This document shows, piece after piece, positions 48,260-60,313 of a DNA stretch of 64,000 nucleotides. A program made the translations under genes and the position numbers. Position 1 is the stretch's first letter. Every line of letters begins with the position of its first letter. The stretch lies in NCBI GenBank assembly GCA_032718475.1, contig JAUCBJ010007698.1, forward strand, positions 1 through 64,000, written 5' to 3'. The stretch is from Nemertoderma westbladi. Its lineage: Eukaryota > Animalia > Xenacoelomorpha. The notes under the pieces are model-generated. The model did not search any database. It had not been told where the DNA came from and saw only the letters and a program-made list of their open reading frames with translations.

Positions 48260-48745
48260 TTTGTACGATAATAAAGTAGAATTAACAAACTTTATAAAAC
48301 AGTTATATAACATTATAAGAGCGTGACAAGAACTTACAATTCCTTCATCTATATATCTGTGAGACTTAAAAGGTAGATTCCTAACATTACGTACATTATT
48401 GTTCCACGCCGTGCACAAGCGGTTACAGTTATCCGAAAACAAGTCCCACAGTTGGCATCCATAAAAAGTCATGGTATATAACTTTTGAATATTTGAAACA
48501 ATTTCTGGATCCGCGTACTTGAATTCTTGTCTTAAATTAGCTAGTTTTCCAATAAAAGCACCGTGTTTATTCTGAATATCTAACGTTAATGAGCAATTTG
48601 AATCCAACCATAGGCCTATACCTAAATAACACACTCTCTCTACCCAGGGCCAACCTATCCCGTTTGCCTCGAGTTTTGCCATCGGTTTAACACCACGGAC
48701 ATTAAATGCAATACATTTACATTTACACTTAGAAGAATCCACATT
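48260..48745 (-). mobile_element. LINE ORF2 C-terminal fragment (non-RTE family; clade uncertain)
   Basis: SKCKCIAF..YLGI..FYGCQLWDL..LCTAWNNNVR..LPFKSHRY, typical post-RT region. Confidence 0.7.
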
Positions 48746-49419
48746 AGTATTATATTATTATTATTATTATTATTATATTATATTACTAAATATTTATAAC
48801 TGTAAATATGGATTTATGTGGATGAAGTCTGCAACGTGCTTGTCTGGATTAAACATTAAACAGAACCCCTCACACGCAGCAACTTCTTTCTGAAACTTGT
48901 TGCTGGGCTCCTCACACGAAGGAAATTTGTTGTCGCAACTTGTTTCTGCAGCGTGTTGCTTGACTCACACGTGGGAATCTTGTTGCTCAAGAAAATAACA
49001 ATTATTTCAAAATAAATAGCTGTCACGACCAGTCATTTATTTATAATATCATATTATCTAAATATTAGCTAATATATTTATGGAATGTATTAAAAGATTT
49101 TAAAGATGTTGCTGGGAATAGAAATGTTTAGAAATGTTGCAGCAACTTGTTGGTGGATTCCTCGTACACAGAAACGTTTGTTGCGCAATGTTTTTTTTAT
49201 TGCTGACCCCGTCACGCGGAGCAACTTTTGTTTCAGAAACAAGGCTGGTAAGTTGATATAATTATGTAACAAGAATTATGAAATGAAAATTAAACCGTTG
49301 GCATTGTATTGAAATAAATTGTTGCAACATATTGCACGACATGCGAATGCTAATTGGTGAACCCGTATTTACTGCCTACAATAAATTCATACTTAATGGC
49401 TTTCGTATTATCTTTACTT

Positions 49420-50320
49420 CCAGCTGGATAACAAGCCATCCGTCATCGCATAGAAAATCAGGAGAGATACGAAGTATAAAAACTACCAGGCTGAAATTTA
49501 CATTTGATGTAGCCACATTTTCACTAACGGAGTCGTCACACAACTATTCTTACATACATCAGAAGATTGATTTACGGCTAAGGCAACTGTTGCAAACGCA
49601 AATCCCGCCAATGCTATTGACAGTACCACTATAACTCTAGTCAGTAACTTTTTACGCCTTTCCAGCGTAGCATATTCCTCGTGTGTCGGCACTTTATCCA
49701 CCGGAGGCGGCACAGGATATGCGACAGCTTCCCTCCTCTCCATTTCCGCTTCCATCATATCCTTACCTTTATTTTTGATAATCTTTTTCACACCAGCATC
49801 ACGCATACTGTGCAACATCTCCAACAGACGGAATCTTTTTGGTTTCATCGGAGATTCTGCAGCAGAATGGTAACTAGCTAAAGACCTGGAAGTTTCTTCA
49901 GCAGAATTGAAACTGTCTGAATATCTGTAAGATTCTTCAGCAGAATGGAATGGTTCTTCAGAAGACATCGCAATTCCTAATTTTGATACAGTTTTGTGTG
50001 AGGGAGATTCTGGAGCAGTATATAAAGTATCTGAATATCTTAAAGAATAATTGCTTTTCTTCTATTTTTCTCTCTTCTCAGGAATCTATTAATTTTAATC
50101 CCAATTTCTTTATAATGGAACGCATCTAAATTCCTGGGAGATCTTTATTTTTCTTTCTCATTATTTGACGACATCGTTTTATCTTTTCGAAACATATGAA
50201 GTATATTTATTTATTTCATCATAATTACTTAATTATACTGTTGATTTTTTATTTTGCCTGTGATAAAAATTATTTGGACTCATGTTTCCGTTGTTTTGAA
50301 TATATTAAAGATATTTTTTA
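49420..50320 (-). pseudogene. truncated inverted paralog of the FReD gene (cytosolic tail and TM intact, FReD almost entirely deleted)
   Basis: ORF 49498-49968 closely matches the protein from 38113-38690; FLCDDGWLVIQ remnant at about 49420-49457. Confidence 0.85.
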
Positions 50321-50340
50321 GATTTTATATATCCCTATAT

Positions 50341-51009
50341 ATACACAGTGCCGGCGGACCCAGCAACATAACGCCCACAAATATCGCGGTCCGGAACCAT
50401 CAACATAGCGCCCCCAGATCTCGTGGTCAGCCATACACAGTGCCGCGGTGACCCAGCAACATAGCGTTCCCAGATCTTGCGGTCAGCCATTCCCAGTGCC
50501 GGCACACCCAGCAACATAGTGCCCCCAAATCTCGCGGCCAGCCATATACATTATACAGTGCCGGTAGACGCAGCAACCTAGTGTCCCCAAATCTCGCGGC
50601 CAGCCATACACAGTGCCGGCACACAAAGCAACATAGTGCCCCCAGATCTCGCGGTCAGCCATATACATTATACAGTGCCGGTAGACGCAGCAACCTAGTG
50701 TCCCCAAATCACGCGGCCAGCCATACACAGTGACGGCACACCCAGCAACATTGTGCCCCCAGATCTCGCGGTCAGCCATATACAGTGCCGGCGCACCCAG
50801 CAACATAGCGCCCCCAGATCTCGCGGTCAGCCATATACAGTGCCGGCGGACCCTGCAACATAGTGCCCCCAGATCTCGCGGTCAGCCATATACAGTGCCG
50901 GCGCACCCAGCAACATAGCGCCCCCAGATCTCACGGTAAGCCATATACAGTGCCGGCGGACCCTGCAACATAGTGCCCCCAGATCTCGCGGTCAGCCATA
51001 TACAGTGCC
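50341..51009. repeat. 55-bp tandem repeat, about 12 copies
   Basis: Unit agatctcgcggtcagccatatacagtgccggcgcacccagcaacatagcgccccc. Confidence 0.93.
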
Positions 51010-51569
51010 CCTGGAATTAACTATTCCTCGAAAATGTGGATTATAAAGTCGGACAAAAAAATGTTACATTATTTTGGTAAAAAAATTGTTATTATTATAA
51101 TTTTGTTGTTAGTTTTTATTGGAAAATCGTCTACAACATGTTAACTGTTATTAGTTGTAAAAAATAAAAGCAAAAAATAACTAGCTAGTCGATTAGCTAA
51201 TGTTCTACTGTAGAACACAATATTTTTTTTGAAAAATGTTGCAATGAAGTCGGTGGTGATATTACTGTGCAAAAAGTACATAATTTCATTAATTAATATC
51301 AAATGCGACTGCAAACGGAACTCTAGCCACTATTTTTTTATTTAAAAATATATTTTATTCTAGAACATTTTTAATAATATTTTTTAATTTTAGGAATTCT
51401 GATTTACTCAATTATATATTTACTTACATGTTTTTGAACTAAATAATAATTTACTAGCTACAATTATAAAAAAAAGTGTTGGAGTAAAATGTTGAGGTGA
51501 TGTAGGAGGATAAACTGTCCGACTCAGGGTGTAGAGCACGACGTAACGTTGATATGTCAGAGGAGGCGA

Positions 51570-52380
51570 ATAACTAACGGAGTCGTAACACAACTATTCT
51601 TACATACATCAGAAGATTGATTTACGGCTAAGGCAACTGTTGCAAACGCAAACCGTACCAATGCTATTGACAGTACCACTATAACTCCAGTCAGTAACTT
51701 TATGTGCCTTTCCAGCGTAGCATATTCCTCGTGTGTCGGCACTTTATCCACCGGAGGCGGCACTGGATATGCGACAGCTTCCCTCCTCTCCATTTCCGCT
51801 TCCATCATATCCTTATCTTTGATAATCTTATTCACACCAGCATCACGCATACTGGGCAACGAATTCAACACGCGGAAGCTCTTTGTGCAGCAGAATTGAA
51901 ACTATCTGAACATCTGAAAGATTCTTCAGCAAAATGGAATGATTCTTCAGAAGACATCGCAATTCCTAATTTTGGTGAAGTTTTGCGAAATTCTCGAGCA
52001 GTATAGAAGGATTCTGGAGGAATATCCATCTGCGTTTGGTACAGTTCTGTTTGCAGGATATTCTGAAGCGTTGTAGGTTTCTGGAGATTTATCCTTTCCT
52101 AAGTTTGTGTCAGAGAGATTCTGGAGCAGTATGTAATGTAACTTCATGAGAATGGAAAGTATCAGAATTCCTGGAAGATCTTTCTTTTCCTTCCTCATTA
52201 TTCGACATAGTTTTATCTTTACGAATCTCTTTAAGAAACATATTCACTCAGTAAATTTATTTATTTTATCATAATTACTTAATAATACTATTGATTTTCT
52301 ATTTTGCCGCTGATAAATATTTATTTGGACTCAAGTTTCCGTTGTTTTGAATATTTTTATGATATCTTTTCGAATTTATA
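51570..52380 (-). pseudogene. second truncated inverted paralog of the FReD gene
   Basis: Near-identical upstream region (MRKEKKDLPGILILSILMK...) and DMMEAEMERREAVAYPVPPP...TM; internal deletions, no FReD. Confidence 0.85.
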
Positions 52381-52429
52381 TATATAATGTGGGGCGAGAC
52401 ACGTATGGCGAGCCATCAGCGAACTGATA

Positions 52430-53880
52430 TAATTATACTATGGCCGTTTCTCAAAAGTCTGTGTGTGACGTGTGTGTGTGTGTGTGTACGTACGTGTGTG
52501 TACGTGTGTGTGTGTGTGCACTGGTTAACGCTACATACTGTGGACGTAAGTGCCATACAATACCCACGTTCTGGGGACCTTTCGCGAACTGGGGACGTCC
52601 CCAGAACGTTCTGACTGGAAATTCGAAATCTTCATTGCCAAATTAGTCTAAATATAAAATTTCACCGTATTTAGGCTCAGTCCCCACTTTGTTTGTGTTT
52701 AGCCGCACTCGTATGTGTTCGGTGTGTATGGGGTGTAAATATTGATGTCCCCACTATAACAGTGATAAGTATACACACATTATCTACGTCATTTTGTGAC
52801 GTCACAATGTCCCCAGTGAGCTTAATTTTTAACGACCCCGGTTTGTGGTTGAAATTAAGTATATTATGAGTTATGTTCAATTATTTATGGATTAGTTAGT
52901 CAGGTCTGTCTTTGAGACAATGCAGCTTAGGCAATCCATAGATAATGTTTTTTTATTGTTTCTATACACTCGTGAATAATTGTAAAAGTTAATATTTCCT
53001 TATGAGTTACCTAAGCACCCCTTGTGGTGCAACTTTCCTCAGTTACTATAACAATGGATTTTCACTTAGTCGATAGTGCTAAACAATCCCGCATGCACTA
53101 TGCATACAAGCATGTAGAAATTTTTAAAAAAATATATGGACAAATATCGTAATACGGCCACTGCTACTTTTTTTCTGCGGGGGCACTAATTAAATTAATG
53201 TTTAAACAAACAAGGTGGAGCACAACGATATATGATGTAACTCTTATCATTCAAATTACATTAACCTCATTGAATTATATTAATTATATCATTAATTTTA
53301 TACCTTTAATTTTTTAGACCCTTCTACGTACTGTAGTGGAAAACGCAGTGGTTAAGTAGTGGTTAACGTCGTACTGTAGTGGTTAACGAAAACACGCCCA
53401 TTCTAAATAGTGTACTGTCCCTTGCGCACATCTGGGGACATTAGTTTTTTAGTGCTGAGGGTATTATATTATGCCCTACGTTCTACTTATGTAGGTAGTT
53501 GCAATGGACGTTAAGAATATATAATAATATTAATAAATTAACGAGAACACACCGTTCTAAATACTGTCCCTTGCGCACATCTGGGGACATTAGTTTTTGT
53601 ATTGTTTTTCTGCAGCCCATACGTTATGTAGTTGCAATGGACATTAAGAAAATTTTTTATATATTGACGAAAACACACCGTTCTAAATACTGTCCCTTGC
53701 GCACATCTGGGGACATTAGTTTTTGTATTGTTTTTCTGCAGACCATACGGTATGTAGTTGCAATGGACATTAAGACAATTTTTTATATATTGACGAAAAT
53801 ACACCATTCTAAATACTGTCCCTTGCGCACATCTGGGGACATTAGTTTTTTTAGTGCTGGGAGTATTATATTAGGTCCTA
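52430..53880 (+). repeat. dispersed element carrying a 126-bp tandem array; inverted copy at 56490-57810
   Basis: ctgtcccttgcgcacatctggggacattag every 126 bp; acactcgtgaataatt..gtaaaagttaatatttc (about 52965) is mirrored at 57258-57292. Confidence 0.8.
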
Positions 53881-53899
53881 CGTATAGTTGCAATGAATG

Positions 53900-54650
53900 T
53901 TACTACAACTACTACTACTAGGTCGAGCGAACTCGGACAGTGGAAATGAGATCCTTCCAGGCATCCCAATTCTCCATAGTTGTCGCAATTTCGTTTCTCC
54001 CAAGTTCAGTATCCCTTTCAAGTTGATCTATATATGTTATGGCAGGTCGTCCGCGACTACGCTTTCCATGAGTTGGTTGCCAGAGAAGTAGATCTGGTAT
54101 GACCTCGTCTTTACTTCGCCAGCAGTGCCCACTGAATCTTAATCTGCGTTCACGGAGGGTGGTTGATACAGGTGGTATTGTACCATAAAGCTCGGCGTTT
54201 GTCATGTGTTGTCTCCAGCTGATGTTTAGGGCTGCCCTTAGTAGTCTTGTGTAGCAACCATCAATTCGTTGTTCAAGTGATTTAGTCAGTGTCCAGGTCT
54301 TACCCCCGTATAAAAATACACTTTCCACTGTGGCTCGAAAGAACTTAGTCTTCAGGTGCCTGGAGAGATCTGATTTCCAGATGGTATCCATTTTTGATAG
54401 AGCTACCCAAGCCTTTGCTTTCCTAACTTCTATGTCCTTTTTGCTACTCTATCCATGATCCAAGGTACTGGAAGTCATCGACCTTCCTTAGTTTATTATT
54501 ATCAATGGTTGTCAAGTTTCCATCAACATTAAAGGTCATGAATTCGGTCTTTTTAGCATTTATAAGCAATCCAACCTCCCTAGCAGCCCTCTCCACTTTA
54601 TTCAGTAGAAGCTGTGCATCTGTTAGCGTATTAGAGAGCATCGGGGCGAT
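53900..54650 (-). mobile_element. 5'-truncated RTE-like LINE with (TAG)n tail
   Basis: AQLLLNKVE..VGLLINAKKTEFM..FQYLGSW..MDTIWKSDL..; same family as 40182-40759. Confidence 0.88.
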
Positions 54651-54651
54651 G

Positions 54652-56263
54652 ATATTATTTCTAATTTTTTCCTTCATTCAAAATCGATCTACTTCGTCAT
54701 TTATTAATCAATTAGTTTGAAATTTTCAGTGAATGGTCTTGACATTAACCAATAAAACTTGTAGACAGAATTTTGAAATTTCGAGCGTAAGTTATGTTTT
54801 GAGCCGATAATCTGAAAATATCGGCCAAAAATAAAACACATTTAGTTAATATTTTTTCATTTTTTTAGTTAACATTAGTCTTCTGGGGCGGTATTCATAG
54901 AGTTAATATTAGTTACAGCTACTTAGTGACAGCTTTTAGTAAGTGCTGCAACTATGTTTAGTAAGAGCTATCTGTTACTAAAAACAACTGATTTTAGTAA
55001 GAGCACTGACTTAACTTAGTTTCAACTAGCCCTTAAAAAAAATCAGTATTCATAAACTGTTACTAAACTTAGTTCTAGCCTTTTTTTAGCAGTGCCGGTA
55101 CTTTAACTTATGTTTATCAAAAAGCTTTCAGTTTCAACTTAAGGTCGGTAGCTATGCCCTGCATGTCTCTATGTTTACTGTTTAACTTGAACTGGTAGTC
55201 TACATTAAAACCCATTAATTTTATTGGTCACTAAAACAATTCCTGTTTTCCAGTAAATTTTTTTGATTATCAAATATATATTTCCTCCACTCAATTTAAT
55301 TATCACTAAAATATATTTTCATCAAAAATAAATCTGTTACGGCCTGTTGTAATAAAATCCCTTCATTATTAGTGGCACTGTAACATGCCCTTTCCCACAT
55401 TTTAGCAATAATTTATATTTAATAGATTTAATGTTAATTAATAGATTTTAGCGGAAACTGAATATTTTAGTGATTTCCTATTAAAATTATAGTGAAAAAT
55501 TATTATTTTTAGTCAGTTAGTAAGGCGATAATTCAATTGGCTACCATTATCGAATACCATTATTTACATTCGGTAATAGAGATGAAATTAATGAAGTGGG
55601 AACGCTACCGCTTTTTCATCTTGCGAAAGTTGGCGAATGGTAGAATTCTTTAGCAAAACACATTTTTCAACGGACGAGGACCGTTCGGCAACAATCTCAC
55701 CATTCAAGAATGTACGCTGAAATTTGGAAATTTAAGTCGGATATATGTTTAAAAAACAACAAGCTTTATGTCCATACATTTGACAGTTTCTCTGCAACAA
55801 CACATTTGCAATGAACACAGAATGCTAGAAAAACAAGAGAGAGTATAATGTGGCCGGAGTCGTCAGTAACATAATAACCATACTGTATGTATGAAGGCCA
55901 ACATAGAATAAGTAAGCGGTCTTACCAACTTAGTCACATCTTCATGTGACTAGAAATTTAAGTTACAGCTAATACTAACTTAATTAAGACTAAATTCTAT
56001 GAATACGAGTTTAGCAACAACTAGTACTAAATACGTTAGTAATAAGTAGCAGCAACTTCTCTGAATACCAAATTAGTACAAGCACTTACTAACTTGATGT
56101 GACTAGGACTAAGTTCCTAGTTAGTCACATTTATGAATACCGCCCCTGATCAATGGCCAATATGTGAATATGTCAAGACCATTTACTGAAAATTTCAAAC
56201 GAATTCATTAAAAAATAACGGTGTAGATAGGTTTTGAGTGAAGGAAAAAATGAGAAATAATAT
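54652..56263. mobile_element. MITE with inverted arms of about 100 bp, interrupted by a Harbinger-like insertion
   Basis: tttgaaattttcagtgaatggtcttgacat vs atgtcaagaccatttactgaaaatttcaaa. Confidence 0.7.
54886..56145. mobile_element. non-autonomous PIF/Harbinger-like DNA transposon (1260 bp)
   Basis: 14-bp TIR gggcggtattcata / tatgaataccgccc, flanked by CTG on both sides (3-bp CWG-type TSD); no long ORF. Confidence 0.8.
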
Positions 56264-56489
56264 TCTGAGTTAAATGCATGTAAATTTTAAAACCTTCCCG
56301 CGCGAATTGGTTAGTCTCTATGTGACCAATTTCTAAACAAGTATAAAAATTTATAAATCGCTATTTTCATTTATAAATTTACCTAACATGTTTAGAAAAA
56401 ACCCTGGGGGGGGGGGGGGGGGCAGGGACCTGAATGACGACACTATATTCCAGGACATGGTTCACGTAGAGCCTATCTCACCTATACAA

Positions 56490-57810
56490 ATAATGTCCAT
56501 TGCAACTACATAACGTATGGGCTGCAGAAAAACAATACAAAAACTAATGTCCCCAGATGTGCGCAAGGGACAGTATTTAGAACGGTGTGTTTTCGTCAAT
56601 ATATAAAAAATTTTCTTAATGTCCATTGCAACTACATAACGTATGGGCTGCAGAAAAACAATACAAAAACTAATGTCCCCAGATGTGCGCAAGGGACAGT
56701 ATTTAGAACGGTGTGTTTTCGTCAATATATAAAAAATTTTCTTAATGTCCATTGCAACTACATAACGTAGGGGCTGCAGAAAAACAATACAAAAACTAAT
56801 GTCCCCAGATGTGCGCAAGGGACAGTATTTGGAACGGTGTGTTTTTGTTAAATTATTATATAAGGCCTATTCTTAGCGTCTATTGCTCTTACAATACGTA
56901 CTGTAGAAGGGTCCAAATAATTGTAAAGCATCAAATTCATAATTAATATAATTAAATGATAAGAGTTATATCATTAATTGTTGTGCGCCACTATATTTGT
57001 ATTTATACAACCTAAAATTAATTAGTCTTCCCGCAGAAAGAAATAATATTTTGAGCAGTGATGGCAGTATTACGGTTTATTTCTTGAAACTGCAAGTATT
57101 TTCAAAACAAATTGCTACATGCTTGCTAACTTGTACGCATTGATACAGGGGGAATTGTTCAGCGCTATCGCTATCGACTAAGTGAAAACCCATTGTTATA
57201 GTAAATGAGTAAACTATGGAAACTTGTATCACAAGTAGTCTTTAGGTAACTAATAGAGAAATATTAACTTTTACAATAATTATTCACGAGTGTAAAAGAA
57301 CACTATCTCTTTGTACTGTACTGACCTGGCCAAGTATTCCAATTACTAGAATCATATCCATGAAGTTGCATAAAAACAAAGCATTTCAGTTTCCTTTTCC
57401 ATATACTGTATGTGTTACACTACAGTAGTTGTGGACTGTGGACATTAATTTTCGTATGTGTCTTGACCCCAGTTGGGGTTTGTGGACATCACTAAACACA
57501 CTCAGGTACAACACACATAATTATGACGTCACCAAAAGCAATGTCCGCACAGTGAATGTAAAAAAATGATTTTTGAAATATTGGAAAAATTTTAAATTTT
57601 GAAAAGCAAACATTTCCCATTACTTATTAGGAAGCTAATTTGAAAATTTGAAGGATTTTCATTGGATAGTTCTCTAGATATTTAATAAATAAGTACGTCC
57701 ACAGATCCCTTGGTTGTGAGCTTGTCCACAGAATCCATAGTTAACCCGTATAGGTGTGTGTGTGTGTGTGTGTGTGTCGGTAGCCATAAATGTCGGAAGC
57801 CATAATCGAA
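56490..57810 (-). repeat. inverted copy of the 126-bp-array element at 52430-53880
   Basis: ctaatgtccccagatgtgcgcaagggacag x3 plus flanking similarity. Confidence 0.8.
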
Positions 57811-58519
57811 GTTAATATCTTCAGTTAAATTGTATGGTTGAATCGAATTATTTCGATTCTTCTATCGGTAATTAATTATTTAGGGGGGTAACATTTATCC
57901 CATCTGGTATAAAATTAACATGGGTAGATTCGCCGTGTCCCATTCTATCAAAGTCTTTACTTTATACTCGAGATTAATGTCAAGTTTTATAGTTATTTAT
58001 TGATTTACAATTAAAATTGCATTTTTATCAATTAATTCACACGCAGGCTCTAACCGCCTAATGACAGTCAATACGGAGTAATTCCTTCCCGTGTCTTAGC
58101 AACGCTGAGAATGTCCTGGCCTGTTAGAGGCAGACTGCTGCTGGTTGGGGATGGTAGGATAGCATTAATTCCCTAAACATTCACTCACTCTCCATAGAAC
58201 TGGCTGACGGGGGTGTGTGTGTGTGTTTAGGTATCAGTTATTCAATGACATTAATATTATTACTAATGAAGGAATAGTGCTCCTTCAATACATCTCAACA
58301 GACATCAATTCATTGCCTGTGCCTACCAACGCGTGCTCCATAACATAACAACATATATCCTTGATTTCCATCACCTCTCACCACAATTATTATTAGTAAT
58401 TAAAAGTTTCAATTCGGTTTGTCGTTCCGTTATCTGGTTATTCAGTTATTGCATTATTAATAAATAAATGTTTTAAAATATATCTTACGAAATATGGTTA
58501 ATAATAAAAACTTGTCGCT

Positions 58520-59045
58520 AACATTCTCACTATGGGGGTTTTAAGGAGTGCTGATTACATTTCTGATGTCAGTTTTCATGTTTACATAAATCTAGTCTGT
58601 CTGTCTGTCGGTCTTTCTGTCAGTCAGTCTGTCAAAACATAAAAGAGAATTCAAATTAACTAACATTCTCGCTATTGGGGTTTTAAGGGGTGCTGATTTC
58701 ATTTCTGATGTCAGTTTTCAGGTTTACATAAATATAGTCTGTCTGTATGTCGGTCTTTCTGTCAGTCAGTCAGTCTGTCAAAACTTAAAAAATAATACAA
58801 ACTAACTAACATTCTCGTTATGGGGGTTTTAATGGGTGCTAATTTTATTTCAGATGTCAGTTTTCACGTTTAAAAAAATCTAGTCTGTCTGGCTGTCGGT
58901 CTTTCTGTCAGTCAGTCTGTGAAAACTTAAGAAAGTATACTAACTAACCAACATTCTCGCTATGGTGGTTTTAAGGGTTGCTGATTTCATTTTTGATGTC
59001 AGTTTACACGTTTACATAAATCTAGTCTGTCTGTCTGTCGGTCTT
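58520..59045. repeat. tandem repeat of about 143 bp, about 4 copies
   Basis: aacattctcgctatgggggttttaag..gtgctgatt.catttctgatgtcagttttca at about 58520, 58662, 58808 and 58950. Confidence 0.88.
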
Positions 59046-59049
59046 ACAG

Positions 59050-59320
59050 GACATTTGCAGGACATTGCTTTCGCCGTGAGGACCAGCCAGTGCATAATCT
59101 TGTACTTTGGCAGCCTCATGGAGTGAATAAGCATGGTGGACAGCCCATGACTTTCTTGAGACGCATCTTAATGGACACTGGCCTTAAAGATGCGGATGAT
59201 CTAGCAAATGTCATGGGTGATAGGGAGTTGTGGCGGTGCAATTTTGTTGACAAGCCGGCACAGCATTCTTAAAAATGCAGCTGCAATGCAGCATGCCGAT
59301 CCTAGTAGTAGTAGTAGTAG
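59050..59320 (+). mobile_element. short 3' end of an RTE-like LINE with (TAG)n tail
   Basis: FAGHCFRREDQPVHNLVLWQP..MGDRELWR followed by tagtagtagtagtag. Confidence 0.7.
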
Positions 59321-60313
59321 GCATTACGCCATATACCTAACACTAATAATACAGTCTACAATACAGCCTATCTACAGTACAGAATGGATTTTTTGCCACG
59401 AAGAGCAATAAATGTCATTAATACTATCCACCAGTATACCTACTCCAAGAGCCTTCCAATAAAACATGTATTCCAGCATGACGTCCACTGCACGTCTTCG
59501 TGCTGTCCATTGTGACGTGCAGTGGACGTCATAGGCTCTAAGGGGTTAAGCAACACGGTCCCTACTTCGCCCTGTCGACACCCCAGCCATTTTTCACCAA
59601 TCCTTTTTTAGAGTTTTTTAATTTTTTTGGTATTGGTGAAAGTTCTACAACATTAGTAGATATGTTTTTTATGATAGCTAGTGTTTTTTTGCTCGCTAGT
59701 ATTTTTTGAAATTATAAAAAATGTGAAAGTCCATGATATTTCAGGTTAAACTGTTGAAGAATATATTAATGACCAAAATAATTTCCAAAAATTACTAGCT
59801 AGTAAAAAATACTAGCTATATACCATTAAAAATCTACTAAGGTTCTAGAATATTCACTAGTATAAAAAAAGCACTCAAAATCACAAAAAATAAAGGTTAA
59901 AAAACTCATTCGGGACCCTTTTGCTTAAGGAGTCAAAATTGTAGAACAAATTCCCGAAGTTTGCGACGTTTGCGAAATTCGCGAAGAATCCGTCAGTTTC
60001 TGTGCCCTAATGGTTTCGTGACGAAACAATCAAATCTTACACACTTAACACACGCGAACTAATTTAATGTGTGTATTAGTATGCATGAATCATTAAATAG
60101 AAATTAAATTAATGAACGCTATTTCAACATGAAATCTACGGAATCAAAACACAACACACCCACACTACTGAATTCAAAAATTTATATAGATTGCAACTTA
60201 TATTTGGCTACCTTTTAGGCCTAAATGGGTGATTAATTTAATTATTCACCCCTATATATTTGTAGCCTTTTTAATTTATGCCTCTAATTGAATCAAACAT
60301 TAAACTAAAATAT

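Noticed and set aside
47908-48288. (YVSVS)n and (MCQLV)n ORFs
   Set aside because: Translations of a 15-bp minisatellite.
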